Under the pieces are notes generated by a model. That model was not told where the DNA came from, ran no database searches, and saw nothing but the letters and a program-made list of their open reading frames with translations. A program made the translations under genes and the position numbers. 64,000 nt of DNA from Pseudomonadota bacterium (GTDB lineage Bacteria; Myxococcota_A; UBA9160; UBA4427): contig JAKSBN010000445.1 in the NCBI GenBank assembly GCA_022361175.1, positions 32,064 through 96,063 on the forward strand. The letters run 5' to 3'. Positions 29,001 through 38,945 of this stretch are shown here, in pieces (position 1 is the first letter of the stretch; each line of letters opens with the position of its first letter).

Positions 29001-30266
29001 GTGAGCGACGAGCCGAGCCCACAGCCTCCCGAGAGCGCGCACCCGACTCGGGTGGTCCTGCGCAACCGCAACCTGCGGCGCTTCGTGGCAAGCCGCTTCT
29101 GCTCGGCCACCGCCAGCCGCCTCCTGGCCGCCACGGTCGCGTGGCACGTCTACGACCTGACCGATTCGGCCTTTCACCTGGGCCTGGTCGGCTTGGTGCA
29201 GTTCGTCCCCGCGCTGCCGTTCATGCTGGTCGGCGGCGCCGTCGCCGACGCCCTCGACCGGCGCCGCATCGTCCTGGTCTCGCAGGCCGTGGCGGGAGCG
29301 TGCGGCCTGGGGCTCGCCCTGGTGGCGGGCAGCGATCAGGTGCTGGCCCTCGTCTACGCCGCGGTCTTCGTCTACGCCGTGGCGGGGGGCTTCGAGCACC
29401 CCGCTCGCACGTCGATGCTGCCGGGCCTGGTTCCGGCCAGTCAGTTCCCCACGGCGGTCACGGTGCACTCGACCTTCAACAACCTGGCCTGGGTGACCGG
29501 GCCGGTCGTCGCCGGTTTCGCCATCGACGCCGGAGGCGTCGCGCTGGCGTACTCGACGTCGGCCGCCCTGGTGTGTGGATCGCTGGGGGCCCTGGCCCTG
29601 GTCCGCGCCCGACCTTCAGCCGAGAGACGGGTCGTCGACCTCGAGTCGATCCGCGAGGGTCTGGCCTTCGTGTGGAAGCGGCAGGCCATCCTCGGCTGCA
29701 TGGCCCTGGACATGTTCGCGGTGATCTTCGCCAGCGTGGCCGCCCTCCTGCCCATCTTCGCCGAGGACGTGCTGCAGGTGGGCGCGCGGGGCTACGGGCT
29801 CTTGTCGGCCGGGCTCGAGTTGGGCACGGTGCTGATGGCGGTCGTGCTGTTGGCGCTTCCACCGATCCAGCGGCCCGGACGCGCACTGCTCTTGGCGGTC
29901 GGCGTGTACGGCGCCGCCACCATCCTCTTCAGTCTCTCCACCTGGTTTCCGCTGTCGCTGCTCGCACTGGTGCTCGCCGGGATGGCCGATCAGATCAGCA
30001 TGGTCACGCGTTCGACGATCGTCCAGCTCTCTACCCCCGATGCGCTCCGAGGTCGTGTGAGTTCGGTCAACGCCGTTTTCATCAGCGCCTCGAATCACGT
30101 GGGGACGGTGGAGTCCGGGTTCCTGGCCGCGCTGACGGGTGCCCCGTTGGCGGCCCTTCTGGGCGGCGTGGGGTGCCTCGGCGTTCTCGGGTGGGTCGCG
30201 TGGCGCATGCCCGGGCTGCGCAACTACCGTCCGCCGACGGCGTCGGAGCCGCGTCGCGGCGCGTGA
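29001..30266 (+). CDS. MFS transporter (MFS_3 / EntS-like)
   Basis: About 12 hydrophobic segments; GGAVADALDRRR, TPDALRGRVSS. Confidence 0.9.
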   Translation: MSDEPSPQPPESAHPTRVVLRNRNLRRFVASRFCSATASRLLAATVAWHVYDLTDSAFHLGLVGLVQFVPALPFMLVGGAVADALDRRRIVLVSQAVAGACGLGLALVAGSDQVLALVYAAVFVYAVAGGFEHPARTSMLPGLVPASQFPTAVTVHSTFNNLAWVTGPVVAGFAIDAGGVALAYSTSAALVCGSLGALALVRARPSAERRVVDLESIREGLAFVWKRQAILGCMALDMFAVIFASVAALLPIFAEDVLQVGARGYGLLSAGLELGTVLMAVVLLALPPIQRPGRALLLAVGVYGAATILFSLSTWFPLSLLALVLAGMADQISMVTRSTIVQLSTPDALRGRVSSVNAVFISASNHVGTVESGFLAALTGAPLAALLGGVGCLGVLGWVAWRMPGLRNYRPPTASEPRRGA

Positions 30267-30288
30267 GCGGCCTCGGTCGGAGCCGACG

Positions 30289-31200
30289 CTACCCGGAACT
30301 CGTGGGACGCCGCACGACCAGCTGGTTTCGGCCCTGGCGCTTCGCCAGGTACAGGGCCTCGTCGGCCGCCTTGATCAGGTCCGCCGGCTCGATCCAGTCG
30401 GCCAGATCGGACGTCGAGACGAGTCCGGCGCTCCCCGATGCCGTGATGGTGCGCCCGCCGGCCTCGATCGTGACATGACGCAGCGAGACGAGGAGCCGCT
30501 CGGCAACCTTCACGGCGTGGCCACCCTCGGTCTGGCCCAGGACGATCGCGAACTCGTCGCCGCCGTAGCGGCACGCCACGTCGTAGGGACGACAACCGGC
30601 CCGAATCGCCGCGCCGACGCGACGCAGAAGTTCGTCCCCGACGCCGTGGCCGTGGGCGTCGTTCACTTCCTTGAAGTGGTCGAGATCCAGCATCAGGAGC
30701 GCCATGGGCTGCCCGGTCCGTTCGTGAGCCGACACGGCCCCGCGAACCGCGTCGTCCAGCGAAGTTCGATTCTGCAGTCCGGTGAGCGGGTCGATCCGAG
30801 CCTGCTCCCGCAGGAGGTCGACCATCTGCTTGGTTCGCAGCGCAGCTCGCACCCGCGCGCTCAGCTCGATGGCGTTGACGGGCTTCACCAAGTAGTCGAC
30901 ACCGCCGCATTCGAGCGCCTTGGCCAGGTGCTGGACGTTCCGATCAATGGTGACGAAGAGGACGGGGATGTCCCGCGTCGCATCCGCCTCCTTCAGATGC
31001 CGGCACAGCTTGAGTCCGTCCATGCGCGGCATGTTGATGTCGAGCAGGATCAGGTCGGGGCGCGCCGACATGGCGAGGCGCAGGCCGTCTTCGGGTTCGT
31101 AGGCGTGCAGCACGTAGTTGGCGAGTCCCCGGAGATGGGACTCCACGTCCTCGTGCACGGCGCGATCGTCGTCGATGATCAGGACACAGGGCCGATCCAC
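30289..31200 (-). CDS. Response-regulator diguanylate cyclase (REC-GGDEF)
   Basis: LIIDDD, ILLDINMP, DPLTGLQNR, DLDHFKEVNDAHGH, I-site RPYD, RYGGDEF. Confidence 0.93.
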   Translation of the reverse strand: MDRPCVLIIDDDRAVHEDVESHLRGLANYVLHAYEPEDGLRLAMSARPDLILLDINMPRMDGLKLCRHLKEADATRDIPVLFVTIDRNVQHLAKALECGGVDYLVKPVNAIELSARVRAALRTKQMVDLLREQARIDPLTGLQNRTSLDDAVRGAVSAHERTGQPMALLMLDLDHFKEVNDAHGHGVGDELLRRVGAAIRAGCRPYDVACRYGGDEFAIVLGQTEGGHAVKVAERLLVSLRHVTIEAGGRTITASGSAGLVSTSDLADWIEPADLIKAADEALYLAKRQGRNQLVVRRPTSSG

Positions 31201-31330
31201 GCAGCCTCCACAACCCTGGGGGCGAGTGAGGGTAAAGCTGTCGCTCGCATGAGGCCCTTCCAGAGGGGGCCCCACTCAGAGAGGCGTTTCGGGCAGTCGG
31301 GCGGTCGACTTGATGCCCCAGAGGGTGGAA

Positions 31331-32131
31331 TCAGGCAGGGGGCTCGCTGAACGCCGGAATCTTGAGCGGCCAGTTGGAGGCCACGGTGCCGCCGTCCACC
31401 TCGAAGATCTTGCCGGTCACCCAGCTGGCCGCGGGGGCGGCCAGGTAGAGCGCGCAGGCCGAGATGTCCTCCACCTCCCCCAGGCGGCCGAGGGGCGTCA
31501 GCTCCTCCATCTGCTCCCGCAAATCGCCCTTCACGAAGGGCGAGAGCGCGTCCGTCAGCGTCGCGCCCACGGCGATGGCGTTGACGCGCACGTGGGGCGC
31601 AAACTCGCAAGCCATCAAGCGAGTGAGGTGTGAGAGCGCGGCCTTGGCGGTGCCGTAGGCCGCAAAGCCGGGCTCCACCAGGTGTGAGAGCCCCGACGAG
31701 ATGTTGATGATCGACCCCACGCCGCTCTTCACCATGTGGGGAATCAAATGGCGAGACAGGCTCATGGCCGACGTCACGTTGAAGTGGAACGCCTCCTCGA
31801 AGGCCTCGTCCGTGAGCTGCAGCATGGGCGTCGGAGGCGAACCTCCGGCGTTGTTCAACAGGACGTCCACACGCCCGAATTCCTTCAGCGTCTGGGACGC
31901 CAGGTTGTCGAGCTGGCTGGGCTGCGTCACGTCGCAGGGGACGGTGAGGGCGCGGCGTCCGAGCCCGCGAATGGCTTCGGCCAACTCGTCCAGGTGGGCC
32001 TGGGTGCGCGCCGCGACGACCACGTCGGCGCCGGCCTCGGCAAACGCGAGAGCACAACCGCGGCCGATGCCGCGGCCGGCGCCCGTCACCACGGCCACCT
32101 TTCCGTCGAGCCGAAATCGATCCAGGATCAT
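31331..32131 (-). CDS. Short-chain dehydrogenase/reductase
   Basis: VTGAGRGIG, NNAG, YGTAK, VRVNAI. Confidence 0.92.
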   Translation of the reverse strand: MILDRFRLDGKVAVVTGAGRGIGRGCALAFAEAGADVVVAARTQAHLDELAEAIRGLGRRALTVPCDVTQPSQLDNLASQTLKEFGRVDVLLNNAGGSPPTPMLQLTDEAFEEAFHFNVTSAMSLSRHLIPHMVKSGVGSIINISSGLSHLVEPGFAAYGTAKAALSHLTRLMACEFAPHVRVNAIAVGATLTDALSPFVKGDLREQMEELTPLGRLGEVEDISACALYLAAPAASWVTGKIFEVDGGTVASNWPLKIPAFSEPPA

Positions 32132-32269
32132 TGGGGGGTCTCCTCTCGAGTGGTGGCGAGCATAACTCCCCACCGCCGCGGCCAACAGACGCCCGTCGCT
32201 CCGGGCCGACATCGTCAGAAACCGAGTCTTGGAGTTCGGACCGTTCGGACGAGCAATGCGACCGATGGG

Positions 32270-33772
32270 TCAGAAGTCGCCAGCGGCCAGCAGCGGCTCG
32301 AGCTTCGCCGCGGCATTGCCCCGAACGCGCCGGCCGTCGCGGTAGAACGTCACGATGCGAAGTGGCCCCCCCGGCCGCGCCAGCGTCGCCACGTTGTCGG
32401 GGCTGATGGTGGCCCTCGACAGCACGGCATCCGTCGGCCACTCGACGTGGGTGAAAGTGAGGTACGCCAGCTCCGAACAGACGATGCGATCCGTCGTCTG
32501 CACGTCGAAGTTGAAGTCGTAGTCCTTGCCCTTCTGACGCAGCGCGCGCACGACGGCCGCGCGGCGCTCGTCCTCGTCGAGGCCCTCGAAGCGCAGCACG
32601 ATCAAGTCGTCCACGTCCAAGAATTTCTCGAGCGTATTCAGCTGCACCCCGTCGCGCAGCGCTTCCAGCACGCGCGCGCCCTGCCGCAGCTCCATCCAGC
32701 TCTCGCGCACGACGGGGTCGCTCCAGACGCCGAGCTCGTGCAGCTCTTCGGGCTTGCCGAGCCACACGGCCACGTGGCCGAAGTGGCCGGGGATCAGCTT
32801 GTCCGTCAGCCGGAACGGCGTCTTCTCCAGCAGGATGTCGAGGGGCTCGAGCTGCGCCTCGATGCGCGCCCGCTCCCGCGGCTTGGCGTAGAGCCTGCCG
32901 CGCCGCGTCTTCACGAGGCCGACGGTGTTGCCGAAGAGACGGCTCACCAGCCCCATCCCCGCGCGGCTCGTCGAATCGACGCGGTCGCGACCGCGCGTGG
33001 AGAACAGGCCGAGGGTGCGGGCGTACGGCTTCCAGGCCGAATCTTCCGCGATGTCCTGGGCGGAGGGGCTCTGGGAGATGAGGGCGTCCAGGTAGGCCAG
33101 GTCCGGGTCGCCTCGGCTCTCGCGGCGGACCAATCGACGTTTGGAACGCACGAACTCCAAGGCGCTCCGCACCCGCCGCCGATTGCTGGGCGAGTGATAC
33201 TCCTCGAGAACCCGAAGGAGCTCCCCCTCGCGCAGATTGAAGCCGCTGTCCGGCCGATTCACGAGCCGACGGAGGTCCTCGTCCTGCTGCACGTGCAGCA
33301 TGGAGAGTGCGAAGTTGTCGTAGAGGAGCAGTGCCCCCGCGACGCCGAGCATGATGCCCTTCAGCCGCACCTCCTCCGCCAGAAACGGATCAGGCCCGCG
33401 CTCGAACCAGGGCTCGTACTGCGCCACCAGCTGGCGAACCTCGTCTCGCAGAGCCAGGTGTTGGTTCATGCCGACGCGAAGGAGATCCAGCTGGTCCCCA
33501 CGCAGGGGCTCGCCCGCTTGCTGCCGCGTGCGCGCCTCGCGGGAGAACCGCAGCGTCTGGGCCCGGAGCGTCAGCGCCCACTCCGTCAGCTCCTGGAAGT
33601 AGGCGACGGTGATGTCGAGTTCTTCGGCCCGATGTCGGGACAGGGACTCCCGGAAGGCCTGCGCATGGGGAGTCACCACCTCGGGCATGCCCTCGACCGG
33701 CCAACCGGGCCAGTCGGCCCGACCCTCGGCCGCGATCAGAAACAGCGCGGAGACAACCAGACCCGCCCGCAT
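32270..33772 (-). CDS. Secreted YiiX/YebB-like permuted papain-like (NlpC/P60) amidase with large N-terminal domain
   Basis: Signal peptide; His before Cys: IPGHFGHVAVW ... YDFNFD ... IVCSEL. Confidence 0.75.
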   Translation of the reverse strand: MRAGLVVSALFLIAAEGRADWPGWPVEGMPEVVTPHAQAFRESLSRHRAEELDITVAYFQELTEWALTLRAQTLRFSREARTRQQAGEPLRGDQLDLLRVGMNQHLALRDEVRQLVAQYEPWFERGPDPFLAEEVRLKGIMLGVAGALLLYDNFALSMLHVQQDEDLRRLVNRPDSGFNLREGELLRVLEEYHSPSNRRRVRSALEFVRSKRRLVRRESRGDPDLAYLDALISQSPSAQDIAEDSAWKPYARTLGLFSTRGRDRVDSTSRAGMGLVSRLFGNTVGLVKTRRGRLYAKPRERARIEAQLEPLDILLEKTPFRLTDKLIPGHFGHVAVWLGKPEELHELGVWSDPVVRESWMELRQGARVLEALRDGVQLNTLEKFLDVDDLIVLRFEGLDEDERRAAVVRALRQKGKDYDFNFDVQTTDRIVCSELAYLTFTHVEWPTDAVLSRATISPDNVATLARPGGPLRIVTFYRDGRRVRGNAAAKLEPLLAAGDF

Positions 33773-33835
33773 GGATCACCTCCGTGGGTGTCCATCGGTC
33801 GCCGGGACACGGCCATTGAATCGATCGGCCGACCG

Positions 33836-34093
33836 CTAGCGCTGGTGCTTCAGGCTCTCGACCAGGAGCTCGTAGGCCAACGTTCCCAACGGGATGCGGC
33901 GGCGCCGAGCCAGGCTCCGGAGGCGGGCCAGCTCGGCGTCGTTGACCATGACCGAGATGCGGTTGTAGCGAGCGGTCTTCGAGCGGCCGGTCCCGGATCC
34001 CTTCGGTCGACCGGCTCCCGGCCGGGCTCCGCCCCAGCCGGATTTTCCGGTCGCCCGCGTCGCAGTGCCCTGCTTCCTGGTCTTGGCCGCCAT
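33836..34093 (-). CDS. Small basic DNA-binding protein (ribbon-helix-helix-like)
   Basis: GWGGARPGAGRPKG then RISVMV strand and two helices; RBS GAGGGAGG. Confidence 0.6.
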   Translation of the reverse strand: MAAKTRKQGTATRATGKSGWGGARPGAGRPKGSGTGRSKTARYNRISVMVNDAELARLRSLARRRRIPLGTLAYELLVESLKHQR

Positions 34094-34273
34094 GCCGGCC
34101 CTCCCTCTCGGCGGCCCGGTTCACTGGACAGTGACACCGCCCGCGATGGTCCGCCACTCTCGCGTGTACAGCTCCTCGGGCGAACGCGAGCCGAAATGAA
34201 TCGGGACTTCCCAAGTGAGGGGTTCCGAACCCGCCGAAGGCCGGTCCGAGGGCTCGCCTGCTAGCCTGCTTGC

Positions 34274-35935
34274 ATGCAAGTCCGCCGCCGTCAGGGGCTC
34301 TCGGCGCGCGTGGCGTGTGCGCTCGTCCTGGGGGCGGCGATCGCCGCCGCAACCCCGGCCCGGGCGGAACCTCCGCCGCGCCTGATCGTGCTCTTGGTCG
34401 TGGACCAGCTGCGACCCGACCGGGTCGGGCCGCAGCTCGAAGGGGGGCTCGGTCGACTGTGGCGAGAGGGGCGGGTCTACACGCGGGCGCACCACGACCA
34501 CGCGCTGACCGAAACCTGTCCGGGCCACGCGGCACTCGCCACCGGTCGACACCCGGCGGCCACCGGCATCCCGGCCAACCACGCGATCGAGAACGACGAG
34601 CGCGTCTACTGTGTGGCCGACCCCGATCCGGCGACCCGCGTTCTCGGCGGCGGCCCGGGCCGCTCGCCCAGGCAGCTGCGCGTCGCTGGCCTGGCCGACT
34701 GGCTGGCCGACCAGCGGCCGGGAAGCCGCCGCTTCTCGGTCTCGGCGAAGGACCGCGCCGCCATCGTGATGGGGGGACACAGCCCGAACGGGGCCTACTG
34801 GCTGTCCCGGGAAACGAGCGTGGGCTTTACGACCAGCGGCTACTACCGCGACGAGCTACCGGACTGGTTGCTCGCGTTCAACGGTCGCGATCCCGGTCGG
34901 GACGGATTCTGGTCGCGGCTGCCGGAGCGGTGGGAGCACGCAGCCGTCTACCCCGGTGTTCGCGAGGACGATTTCAGCGGCGAGAGCCGCGAGTTCTCCC
35001 GCACCAGCGGGCATCCGCTGCGAAACGGGGATCGCGACGAGGCGGCGGAGCGGCTGTACCGCTCGCCCTTCGTCGACGAGCTGGTTCTCGAGCTGGCCTC
35101 CGAGCTGGTCGAGCGCGAGGCTCTCGGCCGCGATGAGGTGACGGACCTGCTGGCGGTGTCGCTCTCGGCGACGGACACGGTGGGCCACCTCTACGGGCCG
35201 TACAGCCAGGAGTCGGCCGACACGCTGGCGCGTCTCGACGCTTCGCTGGCGAAGTTTCTCCGCCACCTCGAAGAACGGGTCGGGCGCGAAAGGCTGCTGG
35301 TCGCGTTGTCGTCGGACCACGGCGTCCTTCCTTTACCGGAGTACACCCGGGCCCGAGGTGCCAGCGCCGACGTGCCCATCTGCTCCCATGGCGAAGGCCG
35401 CGTGGGACTCCGGCGGCTGGTCTTCGGCCTGCTCTGGGGGCTCCACCGCACCCATTCGCCCTTCTTCTCGTGGCCCCGAGGCTGGCTCGTCGTGGGCGGC
35501 AGCCATGTCGCCGTTCGCCGTGACCTGGCGGCCCGCTACGGCGTGGACCGCGCCGACGTGGTGGCCAGCGCGGTCGTACGGTTGGAGTCTCACCCGGCCA
35601 TCGAGCGCGTCTGGACCGCGGAAGCAATCGCCACGGAGAAGACTCCCATGGCGCGTCTCTACCGCAACAGCTTCGTTCCGGGCCGGACCGGCGACTTCGT
35701 CGTGCAGGCGGTCCCCGGTTGCCTGCTGTCGACCTTTTCCACGGGTACGGGGCACGGCTCGCCGTACGCCTACGATCGGCGCATCCCGCTGGCGTTCTGG
35801 GGCGGACGCGTCGAGAGCGGTCAGGACGCCGAGGCGAGAAGCGTCGACGTGGCGCCCACGCTGGCCGAACTCATCGGCCTGTCGCCGCCGGAAGGACTGG
35901 ACGGTGCCCCCCTGTTCGCGGCGGAGCCCCGTTAG
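34274..35935 (+). CDS. Alkaline phosphatase / nucleotide pyrophosphatase superfamily protein (PafA-like)
   Basis: Signal peptide; VVDQLR, ETCPGHA, SAKDRAA, TDTVGHLYGP, SSDHG, GHGSPYAYD. Confidence 0.88.
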   Translation: MQVRRRQGLSARVACALVLGAAIAAATPARAEPPPRLIVLLVVDQLRPDRVGPQLEGGLGRLWREGRVYTRAHHDHALTETCPGHAALATGRHPAATGIPANHAIENDERVYCVADPDPATRVLGGGPGRSPRQLRVAGLADWLADQRPGSRRFSVSAKDRAAIVMGGHSPNGAYWLSRETSVGFTTSGYYRDELPDWLLAFNGRDPGRDGFWSRLPERWEHAAVYPGVREDDFSGESREFSRTSGHPLRNGDRDEAAERLYRSPFVDELVLELASELVEREALGRDEVTDLLAVSLSATDTVGHLYGPYSQESADTLARLDASLAKFLRHLEERVGRERLLVALSSDHGVLPLPEYTRARGASADVPICSHGEGRVGLRRLVFGLLWGLHRTHSPFFSWPRGWLVVGGSHVAVRRDLAARYGVDRADVVASAVVRLESHPAIERVWTAEAIATEKTPMARLYRNSFVPGRTGDFVVQAVPGCLLSTFSTGTGHGSPYAYDRRIPLAFWGGRVESGQDAEARSVDVAPTLAELIGLSPPEGLDGAPLFAAEPR

Positions 35936-35938
35936 GCC

Positions 35939-36328
35939 TCAGTGCAGGGCGTGAGGTCGCGACAGCTCGAAGGCGGCCACATCGGCCAGGAACCGCGAGC
36001 CGTTCGGAGTGGTCATCTCGTACTCGCCGCGCATGGATCCCGTGGGCGTCTCGAGGGGGCAACCCGAGGTGTACTCGAACGCCTGACCGGGCTCGAGAAC
36101 CGGCTGTTCCCCCACCACGCCCGGCCCGCGCACTTCCTTCACCTGCCCCGCTCCGTCCGTGATCACCCAGTGCCGGTTGAGCAGCTGGACGGTCTCTTCC
36201 CCGCGATTGCTGATGGTGATGGTGTAGAGAAAGAAGAAGAAGCCCCGCAGCGGATCGGAGTGTTCCTCCGAGTAGACCGCCTCCACCTCCACTCTCACTC
36301 CGCGCGTATCCGCCCTCGATTTCGACAC
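35939..36328 (-). CDS. apaG: ApaG protein
   Basis: YTITISN, VQLLNRHWVITD, GPGVVGEQP, FEYTSGCPLETPTGSMRG. Confidence 0.93.
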   Translation of the reverse strand: MSKSRADTRGVRVEVEAVYSEEHSDPLRGFFFFLYTITISNRGEETVQLLNRHWVITDGAGQVKEVRGPGVVGEQPVLEPGQAFEYTSGCPLETPTGSMRGEYEMTTPNGSRFLADVAAFELSRPHALH

Positions 36329-36454
36329 GAGCCCGCTCCCTCGCCACAAGGCTAGCAGGGCGTTCCGGACCGAACTCCCTCGACGCGACGCGGCTCCAAA
36401 TGGGTCCGAGCGGTCGCCTGGCCTATGCTTCGAGTCGCTCTCGGAGGACTCCCT

Positions 36455-36943
36455 GTGACCCAAAGCCCGCCGCCGCCGAAACTCGGGCCTCGGCCGCCCG
36501 CGACCCGGACGTCGGACGATCTGCCCTCGCGACGAACGGCGGACCTCGGCGAGGTCGCGTCCGAGGATGCGGAGGCAACGGTGTTCTCCATCATGGGCGG
36601 CGCAACGCGTCGGGGGGCCTGGGAACCGCCGGCCCGTCTCCGGGCCTTCACGTTCATGGGTGGCGTCGATCTGGATTTCCGGGAGGCCGACCTCTTGGAA
36701 GGCGAGTCGGTCGTGGAGTGCCTGGCCATCATGGGCGGGATTCAGATCCGCGTCCCGCCGGACGTCAATCTGCGGGTCTCCGGGCTGGGGATTCTCGGGG
36801 GCTTCGATCAGACGGCCCATCGGGCGAACGACGACCCCGGCACGCCGACGCTGCACGTGCGGGGCCTGGCTCTTTTCGGCGGCGTGAGCGTGCGGGTCGT
36901 GGAGCGGGGCGAAGAGCCGGACAGAAAGCGCGTGCAGAAGTGA
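36455..36943 (+). CDS. LiaF-related (cell-wall-active antibiotic response) beta-repeat protein
   Basis: GGAGGA RBS; repeated IMGG/FMGG/ILGG/LFGG units, LDFREA, IRVPPD. Confidence 0.65.
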   Translation: MTQSPPPPKLGPRPPATRTSDDLPSRRTADLGEVASEDAEATVFSIMGGATRRGAWEPPARLRAFTFMGGVDLDFREADLLEGESVVECLAIMGGIQIRVPPDVNLRVSGLGILGGFDQTAHRANDDPGTPTLHVRGLALFGGVSVRVVERGEEPDRKRVQK

Positions 36944-37719
36944 GCCCGGGCGCGCGTCCCATTCGGGCCGTTGTCTTCGACCTCTTCGACACCCTCGTCG
37001 ACCTCGAACTCGAGCGCCTGCCCCGGGTCGAGCACCAGGGCCAGCCGGTTTCGGGCAGCGCGGTGGACCTGCATGCGGCGGTGTGCAAACGCGCGTCGAT
37101 CGAGTTCGAGGATTTTCTGCGCACCCTGGCCGACGTGGATGCGGAGTTCCGCGAGAGCCGCTACGCCCGCCACCGCGAGCTACCGACCCTGGAGCGCTTC
37201 ACGACCCTGGCCGCGCGGCTCGGCGTCGACGACCCGGAGCTGCCCGAGGAACTCACCCGGGTTCACATGGGCGTCCTGAGAGGCCACGTCATCACGCCGC
37301 ACCACCACGCCGACGTGCTGTCTCGGCTGGCGTCCTCGCACCGTCTCGCAGTCTGCTCCAACTTCAGCCACTCGCAGACGGCTCTGGCGGTGCTCGACGA
37401 GGCCCGAATCCGCGAGCGGTTCGACGCCATCGTCGTCTCCGACATGGTCGGCTGGCGAAAACCCCGGCCGGAGATCTTCCGAGCCACGCTGGCTGCGCTG
37501 GACGTCGCTCCCGAGGAGACCCTGCACGTGGGGGACAACCTGAGGGCCGACGTGGCCGGCGCGGCCGCCGTGGGGATGCAGACGGCTTGGGTCACCCGAC
37601 GGGTGTCGGACACCTCGGCGCGGCTTCGAACTCACGACGGACCCCGACCCGATCACCAGGTCGCGGATCTGGCCGAGCTGGTCGACCTGGTCGGCGGCGG
37701 CGCGCGCCCTTCGCCCTAG
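36940..37719 (+). CDS. HAD-superfamily hydrolase
   Basis: GTGA overlap; FDLFDTL, CSN, KPRPEIF, HVGDNLRADV. Confidence 0.88.
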   Translation: MSPGARPIRAVVFDLFDTLVDLELERLPRVEHQGQPVSGSAVDLHAAVCKRASIEFEDFLRTLADVDAEFRESRYARHRELPTLERFTTLAARLGVDDPELPEELTRVHMGVLRGHVITPHHHADVLSRLASSHRLAVCSNFSHSQTALAVLDEARIRERFDAIVVSDMVGWRKPRPEIFRATLAALDVAPEETLHVGDNLRADVAGAAAVGMQTAWVTRRVSDTSARLRTHDGPRPDHQVADLAELVDLVGGGARPSP

Positions 37720-38375
37720 TAGAGGTGATCCCGGTAGGATCGCTCGAGCGATGCTTCCACGGCTTCGGCGGCGGCATCGTCCGCATTGGACTTGCGCGCC
37801 AGCTGCTTGCCGATGTTGGCGCGAAACCCCGTGGGCCAGCTCTCCGGCTTCCACAGCGCCGACCGCACGAAGGCCTTGCCGCAGTGGAAGAAGCACTCTT
37901 CCACCGTTACGCGGGTCACGAGCAGGGCGGGCTTGTTCCGCGCGGAGAGCCGCTCGAGCAGCTCCGGGTCTCGCGTGAGCTCCGCGCTGCCGTTCACGCG
38001 CAGCGTTTCCTTCACCCCGGGCACCACGAAGATCAGGCCGACGCGCGGCTGCTCGAGCATGTTGCGAAAGCCGTACGCGAGCTTGTTTCCCGGCCGGTCG
38101 GGGACCAACAGCGTGCGCTCGTCCTCCACCACGGCGAAACCCGGCGCGTCGCCCTTGGGCGACACGTCCAGGCGGCCCTCGCGGTCCGTCGTGGCCATCA
38201 GCAGGAGCGGGGCGCGCTCGATGAAGGCGCGCGCGTAGTCGTCGACGAAGTCGAAGATCTTCTCTTGGACCAGCGGACTCGGGTCCGAGAGGACCTCGCG
38301 CAGCTGCGCTTCCGTCTCGATGCGATGCGGGTCGGGCGTGCGGGTGGACTCAGACGTTCGGGTGGAGTAGGACAT
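37716..38375 (-). CDS. Pyridoxamine 5'-phosphate oxidase-like FMN-binding protein (MSMEG_1061 type)
   Basis: DVSPKGDAPGF, PDRPGNKL, ETLRVNG, FFHCGKAFVRSALW. Confidence 0.88.
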   Translation of the reverse strand: MSYSTRTSESTRTPDPHRIETEAQLREVLSDPSPLVQEKIFDFVDDYARAFIERAPLLLMATTDREGRLDVSPKGDAPGFAVVEDERTLLVPDRPGNKLAYGFRNMLEQPRVGLIFVVPGVKETLRVNGSAELTRDPELLERLSARNKPALLVTRVTVEECFFHCGKAFVRSALWKPESWPTGFRANIGKQLARKSNADDAAAEAVEASLERSYRDHLY

Positions 38376-38483
38376 GGGCCCTCGAGGCGTGCTGGGGCGC
38401 GACCCGGAGGAGAATAGCTTAGGCGGAACGGGGGGCTTGGCCCCGACTGGGGCTGCTGCCACGCTGCTGCCCTGGGACGCGGG

Positions 38484-38825
38484 CTACCAGCAGCCTTCCG
38501 TGCAGTCCAGCCAACCCTCGCTGTCGGCCAACTCGTCGCTCGAAGCCGGGCGTGCGGGATCGGGGAGCAGCTCGTCCTCGGCGAGCGGCGACAGCAGGGG
38601 CAGCGAGGCTCCAGGCGGAGCAACCGTATCGGCGACGTAGGACGGCAGGGGAATGCGGTCTTCGGGCCGGACGGGCCTGCGCGTCTCCAGCAGGTTGGTG
38701 ATGCCCAAGGCCACGAGCAGGAGGGCCGAGAGAGCCGAGACGAACCCCACCACCGATCCCAAGCGCCGCAGGCGGCGCTTTCGGCGACGGCGGCGGCGTT
38801 CTTCCAGATCCTTGCTGGGCAGCAT
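38484..38825 (-). CDS. Small Arg-rich single-pass membrane protein
   Basis: RRRRRRKRRLRR, one TM helix, Pro/acidic tail ending CTEGCW. Confidence 0.5.
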   Translation of the reverse strand: MLPSKDLEERRRRRRKRRLRRLGSVVGFVSALSALLLVALGITNLLETRRPVRPEDRIPLPSYVADTVAPPGASLPLLSPLAEDELLPDPARPASSDELADSEGWLDCTEGCW

Positions 38826-38945
38826 CTCCACCCTTCCCGACGGCGCTGTCGAGGCGCCTCCAGGAAAGTATCGGGTGATCTCGGCTACACCTTTAGTGGA
38901 ACTGTCTAGGTGATCTACGACCCGGCTTTGCCGCTGCGACGCCGA

